NCBI GenBank assembly: GCA_964632315.1 | Contig: CAZWEM010000010.1 | Span: forward strand, 32,001-96,000 | Source: an uncultured archaeon | GTDB lineage: Archaea > Asgardarchaeota > Lokiarchaeia > Sigyniarchaeales > SOKP01 | Direction: 5' to 3' | Length of the DNA stretch: 64,000 nt | Part shown: positions 19,328-28,802 of the stretch, one piece after another | Layout: each line of letters begins with the position of its first letter | Numbering within the stretch: position 1 is the stretch's first letter | The notes under the pieces: model-generated | The model's database searches: none | What the model was told of the DNA's origin: nothing | Seen by the model: only the letters and a program-made list of their open reading frames with translations | Position numbers and translations under genes: made by a program

Positions 19328-19495
19328 TAAATCTGAACTCCTGTTATATCGTTATAGAAAGAAATCCTTGGTATATTGTAAATTATGAATTCTTTAAAAT
19401 AAATTTTGATCCTTATCTAAATTTTATTTCTTAATGCTCGTACATTATATTATACAAACTGAATATATAAATAAAAATTCTTATACCGTGTTATT

Positions 19496-20242
19496 ATGGT
19501 CAATCTAGTTTTTATTGGAATGAGTTTTGAATCTTTTATAATTATAATCGCTAGCATTTTATTAGCATTGATTTTACGTAAATACTATGAAAAAGAAAAA
19601 CACAAGCTGACACTATACCTCTTCTTGATATTCCTATTCTATGTGATCGCGATATTTTTCTCTTGGCTTTCGAAAATTCTGGTATTATATTCTAACATTA
19701 ATTATGTGTATAACTCAAATTTACCAGATCCTGGTACGGTGCTTTCATGGATACTTTTAAGGATTACTGATTTTCGATTAAGCTTTGTATTCTTAGCTAT
19801 TGCTATCTTTATATCTTACATATTAAAAGTGAATATTTTTGAAAAGGATTACAAAAAAACACATAGAATTATAGTTATAATCTATTCAATCGTTACTGTA
19901 CTTTATTCATTATTGATCTATCAACGGGGAAATACATTACTGGATGTTATCGCATTCTTATTGATATTTGTATTTATGGCTATGATATATTTTCCGTTCT
20001 TCTTTAGTTCGGTTAATTCTTATAGATCGAGTCAAGAAAAGATATTTAAAAATGCATTTTTGTCATTAGCTTTGATGGCAATCTTTTTCATATTAGTGCC
20101 TTTTTACTTTTTAATTGATCGATTATTGATACTCTTTGGAGGGCCGGGATTTTCAGTTTTTTACTTTTTAGCTTGGATATTTGTTTTACTTGGAATAATA
20201 GCAGCATATTATGGATATATTCGTCCAAGAACGAGCAAGTAA
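19496..20242 (+). CDS. Seven-TM membrane protein of unknown function
   Basis: About seven hydrophobic segments with short loops. Confidence 0.7.
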   Translation: MVNLVFIGMSFESFIIIIASILLALILRKYYEKEKHKLTLYLFLIFLFYVIAIFFSWLSKILVLYSNINYVYNSNLPDPGTVLSWILLRITDFRLSFVFLAIAIFISYILKVNIFEKDYKKTHRIIVIIYSIVTVLYSLLIYQRGNTLLDVIAFLLIFVFMAMIYFPFFFSSVNSYRSSQEKIFKNAFLSLALMAIFFILVPFYFLIDRLLILFGGPGFSVFYFLAWIFVLLGIIAAYYGYIRPRTSK

Positions 20243-20326
20243 ATGCATTATAAATATAAAAGAATAAATTTAAGACTATTATTTTTTTTATCTAATATAA
20301 TCTTATTATTTGATACCGTGATATAA

Positions 20327-20740
20327 TTGGTTAAAGTTCTTCAAGATATTTGGATTATCTCAGAAGGAGGAATTGTCTTATATCATCGTGTATTTGATGA
20401 AAAAGTCGATGATCAACTTTTCGGAGGATTAATGAGTGCTTTAAATTCCTTTGCTGAAGAATTGGTCCATGAAGGGCTTTCTAATTTCGAACTCGAACAA
20501 AAGAGATTTACGTTTACTAAGCGGAATGGTCTACTATTTATCGCGAATTCATCTAAAAAGGTTAAAGATAAAAAAGTTATGGAAGAATTAAGCAATATAA
20601 TAACCCGATTTTTCGAGCTTTATCCTAAAGAAATTTTTGAAAATTGGGAGGGAGATATAACTATTTTTTCAGACTTTGAAAAAGAAATAGAAGATAGTCT
20701 AGAAGATACAATTCAAAAATTTCAAAAAGCATTCTGGTAA
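20327..20740 (+). CDS. Longin-like domain protein (Asgard-type)
   Basis: IWIISEGGIVLYHR...DDQLFGGLMSALNSFAEE...LLFIA pattern resembles longin/roadblock folds. Confidence 0.65.
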   Translation: MVKVLQDIWIISEGGIVLYHRVFDEKVDDQLFGGLMSALNSFAEELVHEGLSNFELEQKRFTFTKRNGLLFIANSSKKVKDKKVMEELSNIITRFFELYPKEIFENWEGDITIFSDFEKEIEDSLEDTIQKFQKAFW

Positions 20741-21205
20741 TTATTCTTCCTTGCAACCTTCGCAGGTATGACTGAAAATCCTGACATCTTCTACACTTTC
20801 TAATTCTTTTGTTAATTGGATTAATAATTTTTTGTCTATTATTTTTGCTGATGAAAAGAATATTCCGAAATGACAATCTGTTAATTTTTCTCCAGTACAG
20901 AATCCTGTTGAAGTTAAAATATCATATCTCATTTCCTCTTTCAACAATTTTAACACTTTCCCTAATAAATCAGGTAATATCTGTGGAACTTTTACTTCTA
21001 TTAAATAGATTTTATCATATTTGGTGGGATATAATGAAAAATGAGCATGCCTCGTTCCATGTTTTTCCTCCTTAGATGAAGCTAAAAAAAAATAGTCAAA
21101 ATTATCTAACCCGATTTTTTTTTTAATCTCTCTTGGTAAGTCCCAATTAATTATTCCGTCTTTATTATAAAGCTTTACTTCATAATGTTTCAAGAGTTCA
21201 GACAT
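20741..21205 (-). CDS. Hypothetical protein, possible AbrB-like N-terminus plus ACT-like domain
   Basis: LPREIKKKIGL segment; beta-alpha-beta C-terminal pattern (PDLLGKVLKLL). Confidence 0.45.
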   Translation of the reverse strand: MSELLKHYEVKLYNKDGIINWDLPREIKKKIGLDNFDYFFLASSKEEKHGTRHAHFSLYPTKYDKIYLIEVKVPQILPDLLGKVLKLLKEEMRYDILTSTGFCTGEKLTDCHFGIFFSSAKIIDKKLLIQLTKELESVEDVRIFSHTCEGCKEE

Positions 21206-21389
21206 TTTTTAATACACCAGAGAACACGTATTCAAATAATCGTAAGATTTTAGATTTTTCTACTTTTCTCTTTATAAATAATTTGAGTAAATAACTTATA
21301 AGCTTAAATCAGAGAAATTCTTGATTTTTATTTAATATAATCTTAATATATAATTACTTTATAGTATAATAAACAATAGGTTATTAATT

Positions 21390-21743
21390 ATGCACGCAAT
21401 AGGATTAGTTTTACTATATGATCGGAATATTGGGAAACCTGAAGATATTTCTAAGCGGTTTAGCAGCCATTTTGCTAATGTAGGCGAAAATTTGGTGTTA
21501 GAAGGATTATTAGAGTTACCGGAGTTTAAAGAAATTATGGATATGAAAAGGATATATTGGGGCGGGGTTAAAGAAAATTTCTTAAAGTTATTAGACGATG
21601 ATGATGCCATTGGTAAACTTGCTTGGAAAGTTTTTGTAGAAAATGCCAAAATTGAACCTTCTGAAGAAGTAAAAAGTCTCATCTATGAAAAAGAAAATGC
21701 TCCATGGGACTTTTCTTTAATGGTTTGCGTACTTTATGAATAA
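21390..21743 (+). CDS. Hypothetical protein
   Basis: 117-aa ORF with ATG start and gene-like codon usage. Confidence 0.7.
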   Translation: MHAIGLVLLYDRNIGKPEDISKRFSSHFANVGENLVLEGLLELPEFKEIMDMKRIYWGGVKENFLKLLDDDDAIGKLAWKVFVENAKIEPSEEVKSLIYEKENAPWDFSLMVCVLYE

Positions 21744-21919
21744 TTATCTAAATTAAATAGCAATTTTTTTATTTTTATTAACTCATTGAATGTTAAAATA
21801 GAGATCTATTTGCTTAATGATGCAATTTTTATTTTGTTGATTCCTATTTAAATTTTATATGAGAGAAATACGATTTAGCAGAATAATAAATCATTTAAAA
21901 TTTATGCTGGGTAAATTAT

Positions 21920-23488
21920 ATGACAGAATACCGGTTAGTTTATGATTCGGGAAGTAAAGTTTTAAAGTGTGCTATTGCTGATGAATTTGGAAAAATTATT
22001 TCTTTGGAATCTAAGGAAGAAGAGGTAATTAAAAGTGAGGATGGGCTTTATCGGGAATGGAATTATAAAAAGTATTGGGAAGATTTAATCAATTTAACCA
22101 AAATTACAATAAACTCAGCTAAAATCGATCCAAAGCAAATAAAATACATTACTGCTTCTTCGATGCGTCCAAGTTGTGTCTTTGCGGATGATAACAATAA
22201 TGCTATTTATATAGGGGCAAGTTTTGAATGTCGAGGAATTGATTATGCTGAGGATATTGAAAGAGAATTTGAGGAAAGCACGGGTAAAACATTCTATGAG
22301 AGCACTGGCCATTTTCCTTCTCTCCTTTTTATACCTGCTCGTTATAAATATTTTAAAGAAGAAGATGACGGCAGATTTGGACAAATTACCCAATATTTTC
22401 CAATGGATAGTTGGATTTTAATAAAATTTGGAGGAGAAGTTCATGCTAACATAACTAGTGCTGCGGAATCTGGATTTTTTGATTTAAATACGAAATTATG
22501 GCATCCTGCTTGGGAAGAAATTTTAGATTTACCTGATTATTTTTTTCCTTGGCCGGTAATGCCTGGTGAAATAATTGGTACGGTTTCTGAATACTATGAA
22601 GAGTTATTAGGATTAAGTACAGATACTAAATTGGTTGCTGGAATTTCGGATACCCAAGCAGCAATGCTAGGTTGTCAATGTATAGAAATAGGTTCTATAG
22701 GGACAGTTTTAGGAACAACCTCACCAGTTCAAGCAATATCACATAAACCACATTATGATCCAAATGTGAAAATATGGAACGGACTGTTTGCATGTAAAAA
22801 TTTATTTAGTTATTATTATTTGGAAACAAATTCTGGAATCACTGGTCAGTTGCTTAATTGGGCAGCAAATTTATTTTTTAAAGATAAAGGTTTATCGCCA
22901 AAACAACGCTTTCAAAAGTTAGATAGAGCATATGATGAATATGATCGCTTTGAATTGGAGGCAGAGAATGAAAAAGTAGATCAATCGAGCATATATTCAC
23001 TATTAGGACCTTCTCCTTTAGCTAGTACGCAAATGGGTATGACTCCGGGGATATTTTATTTCCAAAGTCCCGGAGGTATTGAAGAAGTTGAAGGCAAAAA
23101 GAATGCCTTTATTGCAGCAGTTTTTGATAATATACAATTTGCTGTAATAAAAAATATTGAATATCTTGTTAATTTTGCAAATATAGAAAGTCAAAATTAC
23201 TCGATTGTAGGAGGTATTACACAAAATTCCACTTTGGTGCAAAGATTTGCTGATCTTCTCCAAGCTCCGATAATAACCTCAAAAAATGAAGAAATAAGTA
23301 TTCAAGGAATGCTAGTGCTATGTGATGTTGCTGCAGGGAAAATAAACAATTTAGAAGAGCTTAAATCTAGAAATGAAAAATTAAATCTGTTAGTAAAGAT
23401 GGAACCTAGAGAAAATATGAAACTGAAATTACTAAATAAATATAATAAATGGTTAAAAATTTTCCAGCAGTTTAATAAGAATTTTTGA
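21920..23488 (+). CDS. FGGY family carbohydrate kinase (LsrK/YoaC-like)
   Basis: YDSGS N-terminal motif, ASSMR, GISDTQAAMLG, GTTSP, VGGITQN. Confidence 0.88.
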   Translation: MTEYRLVYDSGSKVLKCAIADEFGKIISLESKEEEVIKSEDGLYREWNYKKYWEDLINLTKITINSAKIDPKQIKYITASSMRPSCVFADDNNNAIYIGASFECRGIDYAEDIEREFEESTGKTFYESTGHFPSLLFIPARYKYFKEEDDGRFGQITQYFPMDSWILIKFGGEVHANITSAAESGFFDLNTKLWHPAWEEILDLPDYFFPWPVMPGEIIGTVSEYYEELLGLSTDTKLVAGISDTQAAMLGCQCIEIGSIGTVLGTTSPVQAISHKPHYDPNVKIWNGLFACKNLFSYYYLETNSGITGQLLNWAANLFFKDKGLSPKQRFQKLDRAYDEYDRFELEAENEKVDQSSIYSLLGPSPLASTQMGMTPGIFYFQSPGGIEEVEGKKNAFIAAVFDNIQFAVIKNIEYLVNFANIESQNYSIVGGITQNSTLVQRFADLLQAPIITSKNEEISIQGMLVLCDVAAGKINNLEELKSRNEKLNLLVKMEPRENMKLKLLNKYNKWLKIFQQFNKNF

Positions 23489-23540
23489 TTTTTTATAAAT
23501 AAAAATACTTTTAAAAAATTAAATGGTCTTATAAAAAGCG

Positions 23541-24302
23541 ATGAATAGTTTAGATTATCAAAATAAAAGGTTATATGCTTATAATGTGCATTTGATAGTT
23601 GCTTTATTGTTAATTTTCATTGCGGGATTTTTACTTATTTTTTTAGGTTTAATTCTTAACCCAGAACAAATCAACATTTTGATAATTCTTGGCTTTAGTT
23701 TCATAATTATTGGAATTATCCAGTGCATCTTGATTATTAGAAAAGTTATAAAGAGAACCGATCTCCTATTTGACAAAGTCGAAGTTCAAATTCAATCTAG
23801 TAATAAAGGGGGATTTTTACATATAATTCGCCCAGAAGTTTCAAAAAGCAAATCACAGCGCATAGAAGCACCTAAAATTCCGTCAAATCCATTTTTTAAA
23901 ACTCAAAGTGATTCCAATGAAAAATCTGAGATAATTAAAAAAGGTTCAGGAGATTTAAAAAGTAAAATTGTAAATATTTCAATTGAGGAGGCACTTCAAA
24001 AGATTATTGACAGATATAATGATCCGAATGTATCTAAAATGTTCACAAATTGGCAAAATACATTAATGATGAGTTTTCCAGATCTTAAAAAAAACTATCT
24101 TTTCAAAATTAATAATGATCAAGGCATTAAATTAGAAGAAGGATATAAAGATGACGTCGCTGTACAAGTTAGCTTAGATTCTGAAACGTTTATTAAAATG
24201 ATGACTAAACAAATCAATCCAATCAAAGCATATAGCAGTGGTGAACTAGAAGTAAAAGGGAAGATGAAAAATCTCCTAAAGTTAAGAAAGTTAATGTTTT
24301 AA
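23541..24302 (+). CDS. Membrane-anchored SCP2 sterol/lipid-binding domain protein
   Basis: Two N-terminal TM helices; C-terminal FIKMMTKQINPIKAYSSGELEVKG SCP2 motif. Confidence 0.82.
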   Translation: MNSLDYQNKRLYAYNVHLIVALLLIFIAGFLLIFLGLILNPEQINILIILGFSFIIIGIIQCILIIRKVIKRTDLLFDKVEVQIQSSNKGGFLHIIRPEVSKSKSQRIEAPKIPSNPFFKTQSDSNEKSEIIKKGSGDLKSKIVNISIEEALQKIIDRYNDPNVSKMFTNWQNTLMMSFPDLKKNYLFKINNDQGIKLEEGYKDDVAVQVSLDSETFIKMMTKQINPIKAYSSGELEVKGKMKNLLKLRKLMF

Positions 24303-24323
24303 TTATAATATCATACAAAGAGG

Positions 24324-26054
24324 TTGAACGGCTTGAAAGCATTTGTTACAACTCAATTGTCCCCAGAAGCTTTAAAAAAACTTAGGATGTTATTGCTAGA
24401 TGATGTTGTGTATGAAAGTTGGCGTGAAACAAAAAACCTATATTTTGATGCACAAGAGTTGGTCAATAAAATAAATAATATCCAAGCTGAAATTTTCATA
24501 TGTGAAGGAGATAATGTCAAGAAAGAGGTATTAGAAAATGTTGATCTTAAAATTATAGCATCAACTCGTGATGATCCTAACAATATTGATTTAGAAACCG
24601 CTACCAAAAAGGGTATCCCAGTGCTCTATACTCCTGGAAGAAATCGAAATGCAGTTGCAGAAATGACAATTACGCTTATACTGACTTTAATTAGAAAAGT
24701 ATATAAAGTAGCCCAAATACTCTCTTCTGAACAATTCCGTGTAGAAAGTTTTGCGGACTATGTCAATTATTACAACATGTTTACAGGTAATGAACTTAAA
24801 GGAAAGAAAATAGGGATCATTGGATTAGGAAATATAGGGTTTGAAGTTGCAAAACGTCTTAAAGCTTTTGATGTTAACTTTTTGATCTATGACCCATATA
24901 TCCAAAAAGAAAGGTTAGAGTTTATTCATGGAGAGCTAGTGGATCTTGAAACTTTAATGAAAAATTCTGATATAATTTCAATTCATTGCCCTCCAACAGA
25001 TGAAACTGAGGGCCTTGTTGGGCAAAATCAATTATCCTTGATGAAATCTAGTGCTTTCTTCATTAATCTCGGACGCGCTTCAATCGTTGATCAAAATGCT
25101 CTATACAATTCTCTTAAAGCAAGAAAAATTGCTGGTGCTGCTATAGATGTTTTTGATATTGAGCCAGTAGATCAAGACAATGAATTTCTTGAACTGGATA
25201 ATGTTATCGTTACTCCTCATATCGGAGGAGATACTTTTGAGACAATCCAGAATCAAAGCATGATGATAGTGGAAGGAATACGTAAAATTATTAATGATGA
25301 AATTCCAACTAATATCTTAAATCCAAAAGTACTGCCAGGATATTCTTCGGAAAAAATTCTACAACCTAAAACAGGAATAAAAATAGAATTATCCAACTAT
25401 AAAAGAGAAAGCATCGAAATTTTAGAAGTTTGTAAAAAGATGCTAAAAAGAGGCCTTATTATTGGTACTGCAGGTAATGTATCGATGCGTGTAAAATTAC
25501 CGGATGGAAGTGATGGATTTCTTTTAACTCCAAGCACGGTATCTTATGAGAACATGAAAATAGAAGATCTAGTACTAATAGATAAAAATTTGAAAGTGCT
25601 TGCAGGAGTTCGAAATCCCACATCTGAAAAACATCTTCACATAAATATCCTACTTTCCAGAAAAGATATTAATGCTGTTATTCATTCACATGCTCCATAT
25701 TCCACGATCTTATCAATTGCTCGCATGCCTTTAGGACCTATTGTTGACGAAATTATACCATTTATCGGCGGGTGTGAAATAGCAGATTATGAGATGGCTG
25801 GTACAGAAGAAATCTCTCAAAAAGCATTAAAAGCTTTAGGTAATAACTATGCGGTATTTTTACCTAATCACGGTAATATATGTGTTGGAATAGATATGCA
25901 ACACGCATTCACAGTGCTGGAGCAGTTAGAATTCGCCGCAAAGGTTCAATATAAGGCATCTTTATTAGGTACGATTTATGCTCTTCCAGAGGACGCTGAA
26001 AAAGATGAAAAAGAGATGTTTGAGATCATGCGAGAAGCGAATGATATGGGATAG
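24324..26054 (+). CDS. Fusion of D-2-hydroxyacid dehydrogenase and class II aldolase
   Basis: GIIGLGNIG, INLGRA, DVFDIEP, TPHIGG, then GTAGNVS, PTSEKHLH, HSH, PNHG. Confidence 0.9.
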   Translation: MNGLKAFVTTQLSPEALKKLRMLLLDDVVYESWRETKNLYFDAQELVNKINNIQAEIFICEGDNVKKEVLENVDLKIIASTRDDPNNIDLETATKKGIPVLYTPGRNRNAVAEMTITLILTLIRKVYKVAQILSSEQFRVESFADYVNYYNMFTGNELKGKKIGIIGLGNIGFEVAKRLKAFDVNFLIYDPYIQKERLEFIHGELVDLETLMKNSDIISIHCPPTDETEGLVGQNQLSLMKSSAFFINLGRASIVDQNALYNSLKARKIAGAAIDVFDIEPVDQDNEFLELDNVIVTPHIGGDTFETIQNQSMMIVEGIRKIINDEIPTNILNPKVLPGYSSEKILQPKTGIKIELSNYKRESIEILEVCKKMLKRGLIIGTAGNVSMRVKLPDGSDGFLLTPSTVSYENMKIEDLVLIDKNLKVLAGVRNPTSEKHLHINILLSRKDINAVIHSHAPYSTILSIARMPLGPIVDEIIPFIGGCEIADYEMAGTEEISQKALKALGNNYAVFLPNHGNICVGIDMQHAFTVLEQLEFAAKVQYKASLLGTIYALPEDAEKDEKEMFEIMREANDMG

Positions 26055-26064
26055 GAGTTTCTTT

Positions 26065-26706
26065 CTACACTAAATATTTCCTCACAATTTCTCCTCTTGG
26101 TTCCAATTCTTCAAAAAGAATTGCTTGAAATGAATAAATTTGTGTACTTTTTTCTTTCCATGAATCTTCAGGAAGCCAAGCTTTAGTGCAGGTATGTCGT
26201 AAAAATGTTTCTACATCCCAATTTCGATCGTGATCAACTGGAACTTGAGGGAGTAATAAACCTCTTCTACCTCCTCTTTCAGCTATCAAACCATCTCTAC
26301 CAATTTTTATTTTATTAAAGTAATCTTTAGGTTCATTTACTTCGATTAGTTTTGGGGGGGTGAGAATTGATAGTTCTATCACTATATTATCCATTTCTCG
26401 TAAAGTAACTGGAGGAAATCGCGGATCCTCAGTAGCAGAGCTTATAGATACTTTGTGGACAACTTCATAAAGAGGATAAATCGGTTCTATGAATCCTATG
26501 CATCCTCTTAATGGATTTCCTGATACATTATACTTATTAAGTGTAACAAAAGCTCCATACTTCCCCGAAAATAATTCTTTAAGTTTTTCTGGAATTGATA
26601 TTTTTTTCCCTGTTTTCAATAAAGTTTCAATGTTTTCTCGAGCAAATTCTATTAATGCTTTTCCATCCTCAAGAGTAAAAATTTCATCTTCAGACATTTT
26701 AATCAC
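26065..26706 (-). CDS. AMMECR1 domain protein (TIGR00296)
   Basis: GAFVTL, LRGCIG, DPRFPP, IGRDGL, GLLLPQV. Confidence 0.94.
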   Translation of the reverse strand: MIKMSEDEIFTLEDGKALIEFARENIETLLKTGKKISIPEKLKELFSGKYGAFVTLNKYNVSGNPLRGCIGFIEPIYPLYEVVHKVSISSATEDPRFPPVTLREMDNIVIELSILTPPKLIEVNEPKDYFNKIKIGRDGLIAERGGRRGLLLPQVPVDHDRNWDVETFLRHTCTKAWLPEDSWKEKSTQIYSFQAILFEELEPRGEIVRKYLV

Positions 26707-26746
26707 AACTCATAAACATTATTTATTATGGTATTTTATACATGAA

Positions 26747-28180
26747 TCATTTAAAGTTATTTCTTATAATAATTCCAGATGGTTTTAAAGATTCTTCAGT
26801 TATTTCATTTCCTCTCAAAAAAGTTTTCCAAATTCTAGCACTTGTTAAACGATTTGTTAAATTTGAGTTTTCAAATGGAGTGTATTTTGCTTTACTTCTA
26901 AATTCTGTTGATTTTATTTCATAATCTTTTGTTTTTTCAACGATTATCAAGTCAGCGTAATAGCCTTCTTTGATCTTTCCTTTTAATTTTAAATTAAATC
27001 TTTTTGCGGGGTTCGTAGCAGAAATTCCTACAAAAGTGCTTAAATTCATCTTCTTTTTTAACACTCTATCTAAGAGAATTAAAGTATAAGTCTCGAATCC
27101 AGGAAATCCGGAAGGAGCGCTAAAAAATGGCAGAGTCTTTTCTTGAAGTGTATGTGGGGCATGATCTGTGCCTATATATTTGATAGTTCCCTCATCCAAT
27201 TGTTTATTTAGATATAATGAATTTTCTTTGTCTCTTAACGGTGGCAAAACTTTTCCGATACAGGGATTTTTTAATTCAATATCATTACTTAAAAAAAGAT
27301 GGTGCGGTGTTACTTCAAAAGATATATCTGGTTCAAACTTGCAGAGATACATTTTTTTCCGAATGTTGTAATCAAATGACTCTTGTATTTTTTCTATACT
27401 ACTTTTACAGCTAACATGACAAAAATGAATTATTGGAAGTTTCTCTAATGGAAGTTGATTTTCATTAGCCACCTGAAAATAATTCTTTAAGATGAACTCT
27501 ATATATTTTGTCTCATTTTTACAGGGATGCATTTGATCATAGATTTTTAATTGAGTTTTTCCTTGGGAGGTTTTATTATCAAAAATCTTTTCATCTTGAC
27601 CGTGTGACCAATCAGGATGAATAAATATAGGTATACGATATAAAGATGAAATTAATAGAAGTTTTTTGATATACACCTCATTATACCAATCACAATTATT
27701 CAGAGGTTTGAGAGGATAGATTTTAAAACCAATAACACCTAGATTAATTATCTTTTTTATTTCTTCATCATCAATATCGTTAGGAACCCCTGAAATGAAT
27801 GCTACATCAACAAAAATTTTATTTTGGGTAGCTTTCATCCATTTTTCAACTTGTTTAGCTGAAATTGCAGGAGGTTTTGTATTTGGCATGTTGAAAACTG
27901 TAGTAATTCCAGAAAATGCTGCAGCTTTAGTCCCAGTTTTGAAACTTTCCTTATCAGATTGTTCCATATCTCTTAAATGAGCATGGATATCAATAATTCC
28001 AGGGAGAATTATCCTTCCTTCACAATTAATCTCAAGACCATCTAAATTTTGAGATCTAATCATCTCCTGATCAATTTTACGTTCATTGAGAGAAATTTGC
28101 TTTATTTTATCTGAATTGATTAATATACTTCCTTCTTTAAGGGAATTTCCCGTAAAGATTTTTGCGTTCTTTAGGATCAT
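26747..28180 (-). CDS. pyrC: Dihydroorotase (type I amidohydrolase)
   Basis: PGIIDIHAHLR, MPNTKP, EVTPHHL, PPLR, TDHAPH, SKAKYTPF. Confidence 0.85.
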   Translation of the reverse strand: MILKNAKIFTGNSLKEGSILINSDKIKQISLNERKIDQEMIRSQNLDGLEINCEGRIILPGIIDIHAHLRDMEQSDKESFKTGTKAAAFSGITTVFNMPNTKPPAISAKQVEKWMKATQNKIFVDVAFISGVPNDIDDEEIKKIINLGVIGFKIYPLKPLNNCDWYNEVYIKKLLLISSLYRIPIFIHPDWSHGQDEKIFDNKTSQGKTQLKIYDQMHPCKNETKYIEFILKNYFQVANENQLPLEKLPIIHFCHVSCKSSIEKIQESFDYNIRKKMYLCKFEPDISFEVTPHHLFLSNDIELKNPCIGKVLPPLRDKENSLYLNKQLDEGTIKYIGTDHAPHTLQEKTLPFFSAPSGFPGFETYTLILLDRVLKKKMNLSTFVGISATNPAKRFNLKLKGKIKEGYYADLIIVEKTKDYEIKSTEFRSKAKYTPFENSNLTNRLTSARIWKTFLRGNEITEESLKPSGIIIRNNFK

Positions 28181-28200
28181 CGGATTTTACAATGATTTAG

Positions 28201-28797
28201 TTATTCTTGTTGATCTAATTGATAATTAATATATAATATTTTGTTTTCTAATGAAAATGTTTTAGGTAGGTGAATTCGCTCAAGTTCTCCTAAATTATGT
28301 AGTGCAAGATTTTTCTCTCTTGATTCATCTAATATAATAACATCTTGGTGCGTAAAAGTGTAATTTGTATTTTTTCTCAAATTGGAATTTATATCCTCAA
28401 TTAAGAAAAATTTTTCTCCTATTTCTTGAATAGAAGTAAGAAATTGATCTAAGTTAATTGTTTTTTTAATGAAAATTCCAGGAGTCGAATTAATCCATTT
28501 ATTATAAGGGATCGCTTCCTGAATTTCTAATGCTTTTAATAGTAATATCGCTTGTGAACGTTCATCTGGACCAAGATATCGTAAATACTTTCCACTTAAT
28601 TTTATAATTAAGAGATTTTGATTTATTGCGATATAGATGCCATTTTCCTTCCTTATGGAGTATGATAGACAAAATACTTCTCTAAGACACGAGCATAATT
28701 TATAAATATCGAGGGGAGTATTACCTTCATCGATTGCTTTTTTATTAAAACTCGAGATTGTTTCAATTAAAATTAAAAACCTTACCAAATCAATCAA
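28201..28797 (-). CDS. TrmY-like (tRNA pseudouridine-54 N1-methyltransferase-like) protein, divergent
   Basis: LRYLGPDERS...LLKAL...STPGIFI resembles TrmY; canonical LGDH knot motif not recognisable. Confidence 0.6.
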   Translation of the reverse strand: MIDLVRFLILIETISSFNKKAIDEGNTPLDIYKLCSCLREVFCLSYSIRKENGIYIAINQNLLIIKLSGKYLRYLGPDERSQAILLLKALEIQEAIPYNKWINSTPGIFIKKTINLDQFLTSIQEIGEKFFLIEDINSNLRKNTNYTFTHQDVIILDESREKNLALHNLGELERIHLPKTFSLENKILYINYQLDQQE

Positions 28798-28802
28798 ACT
28801 AT

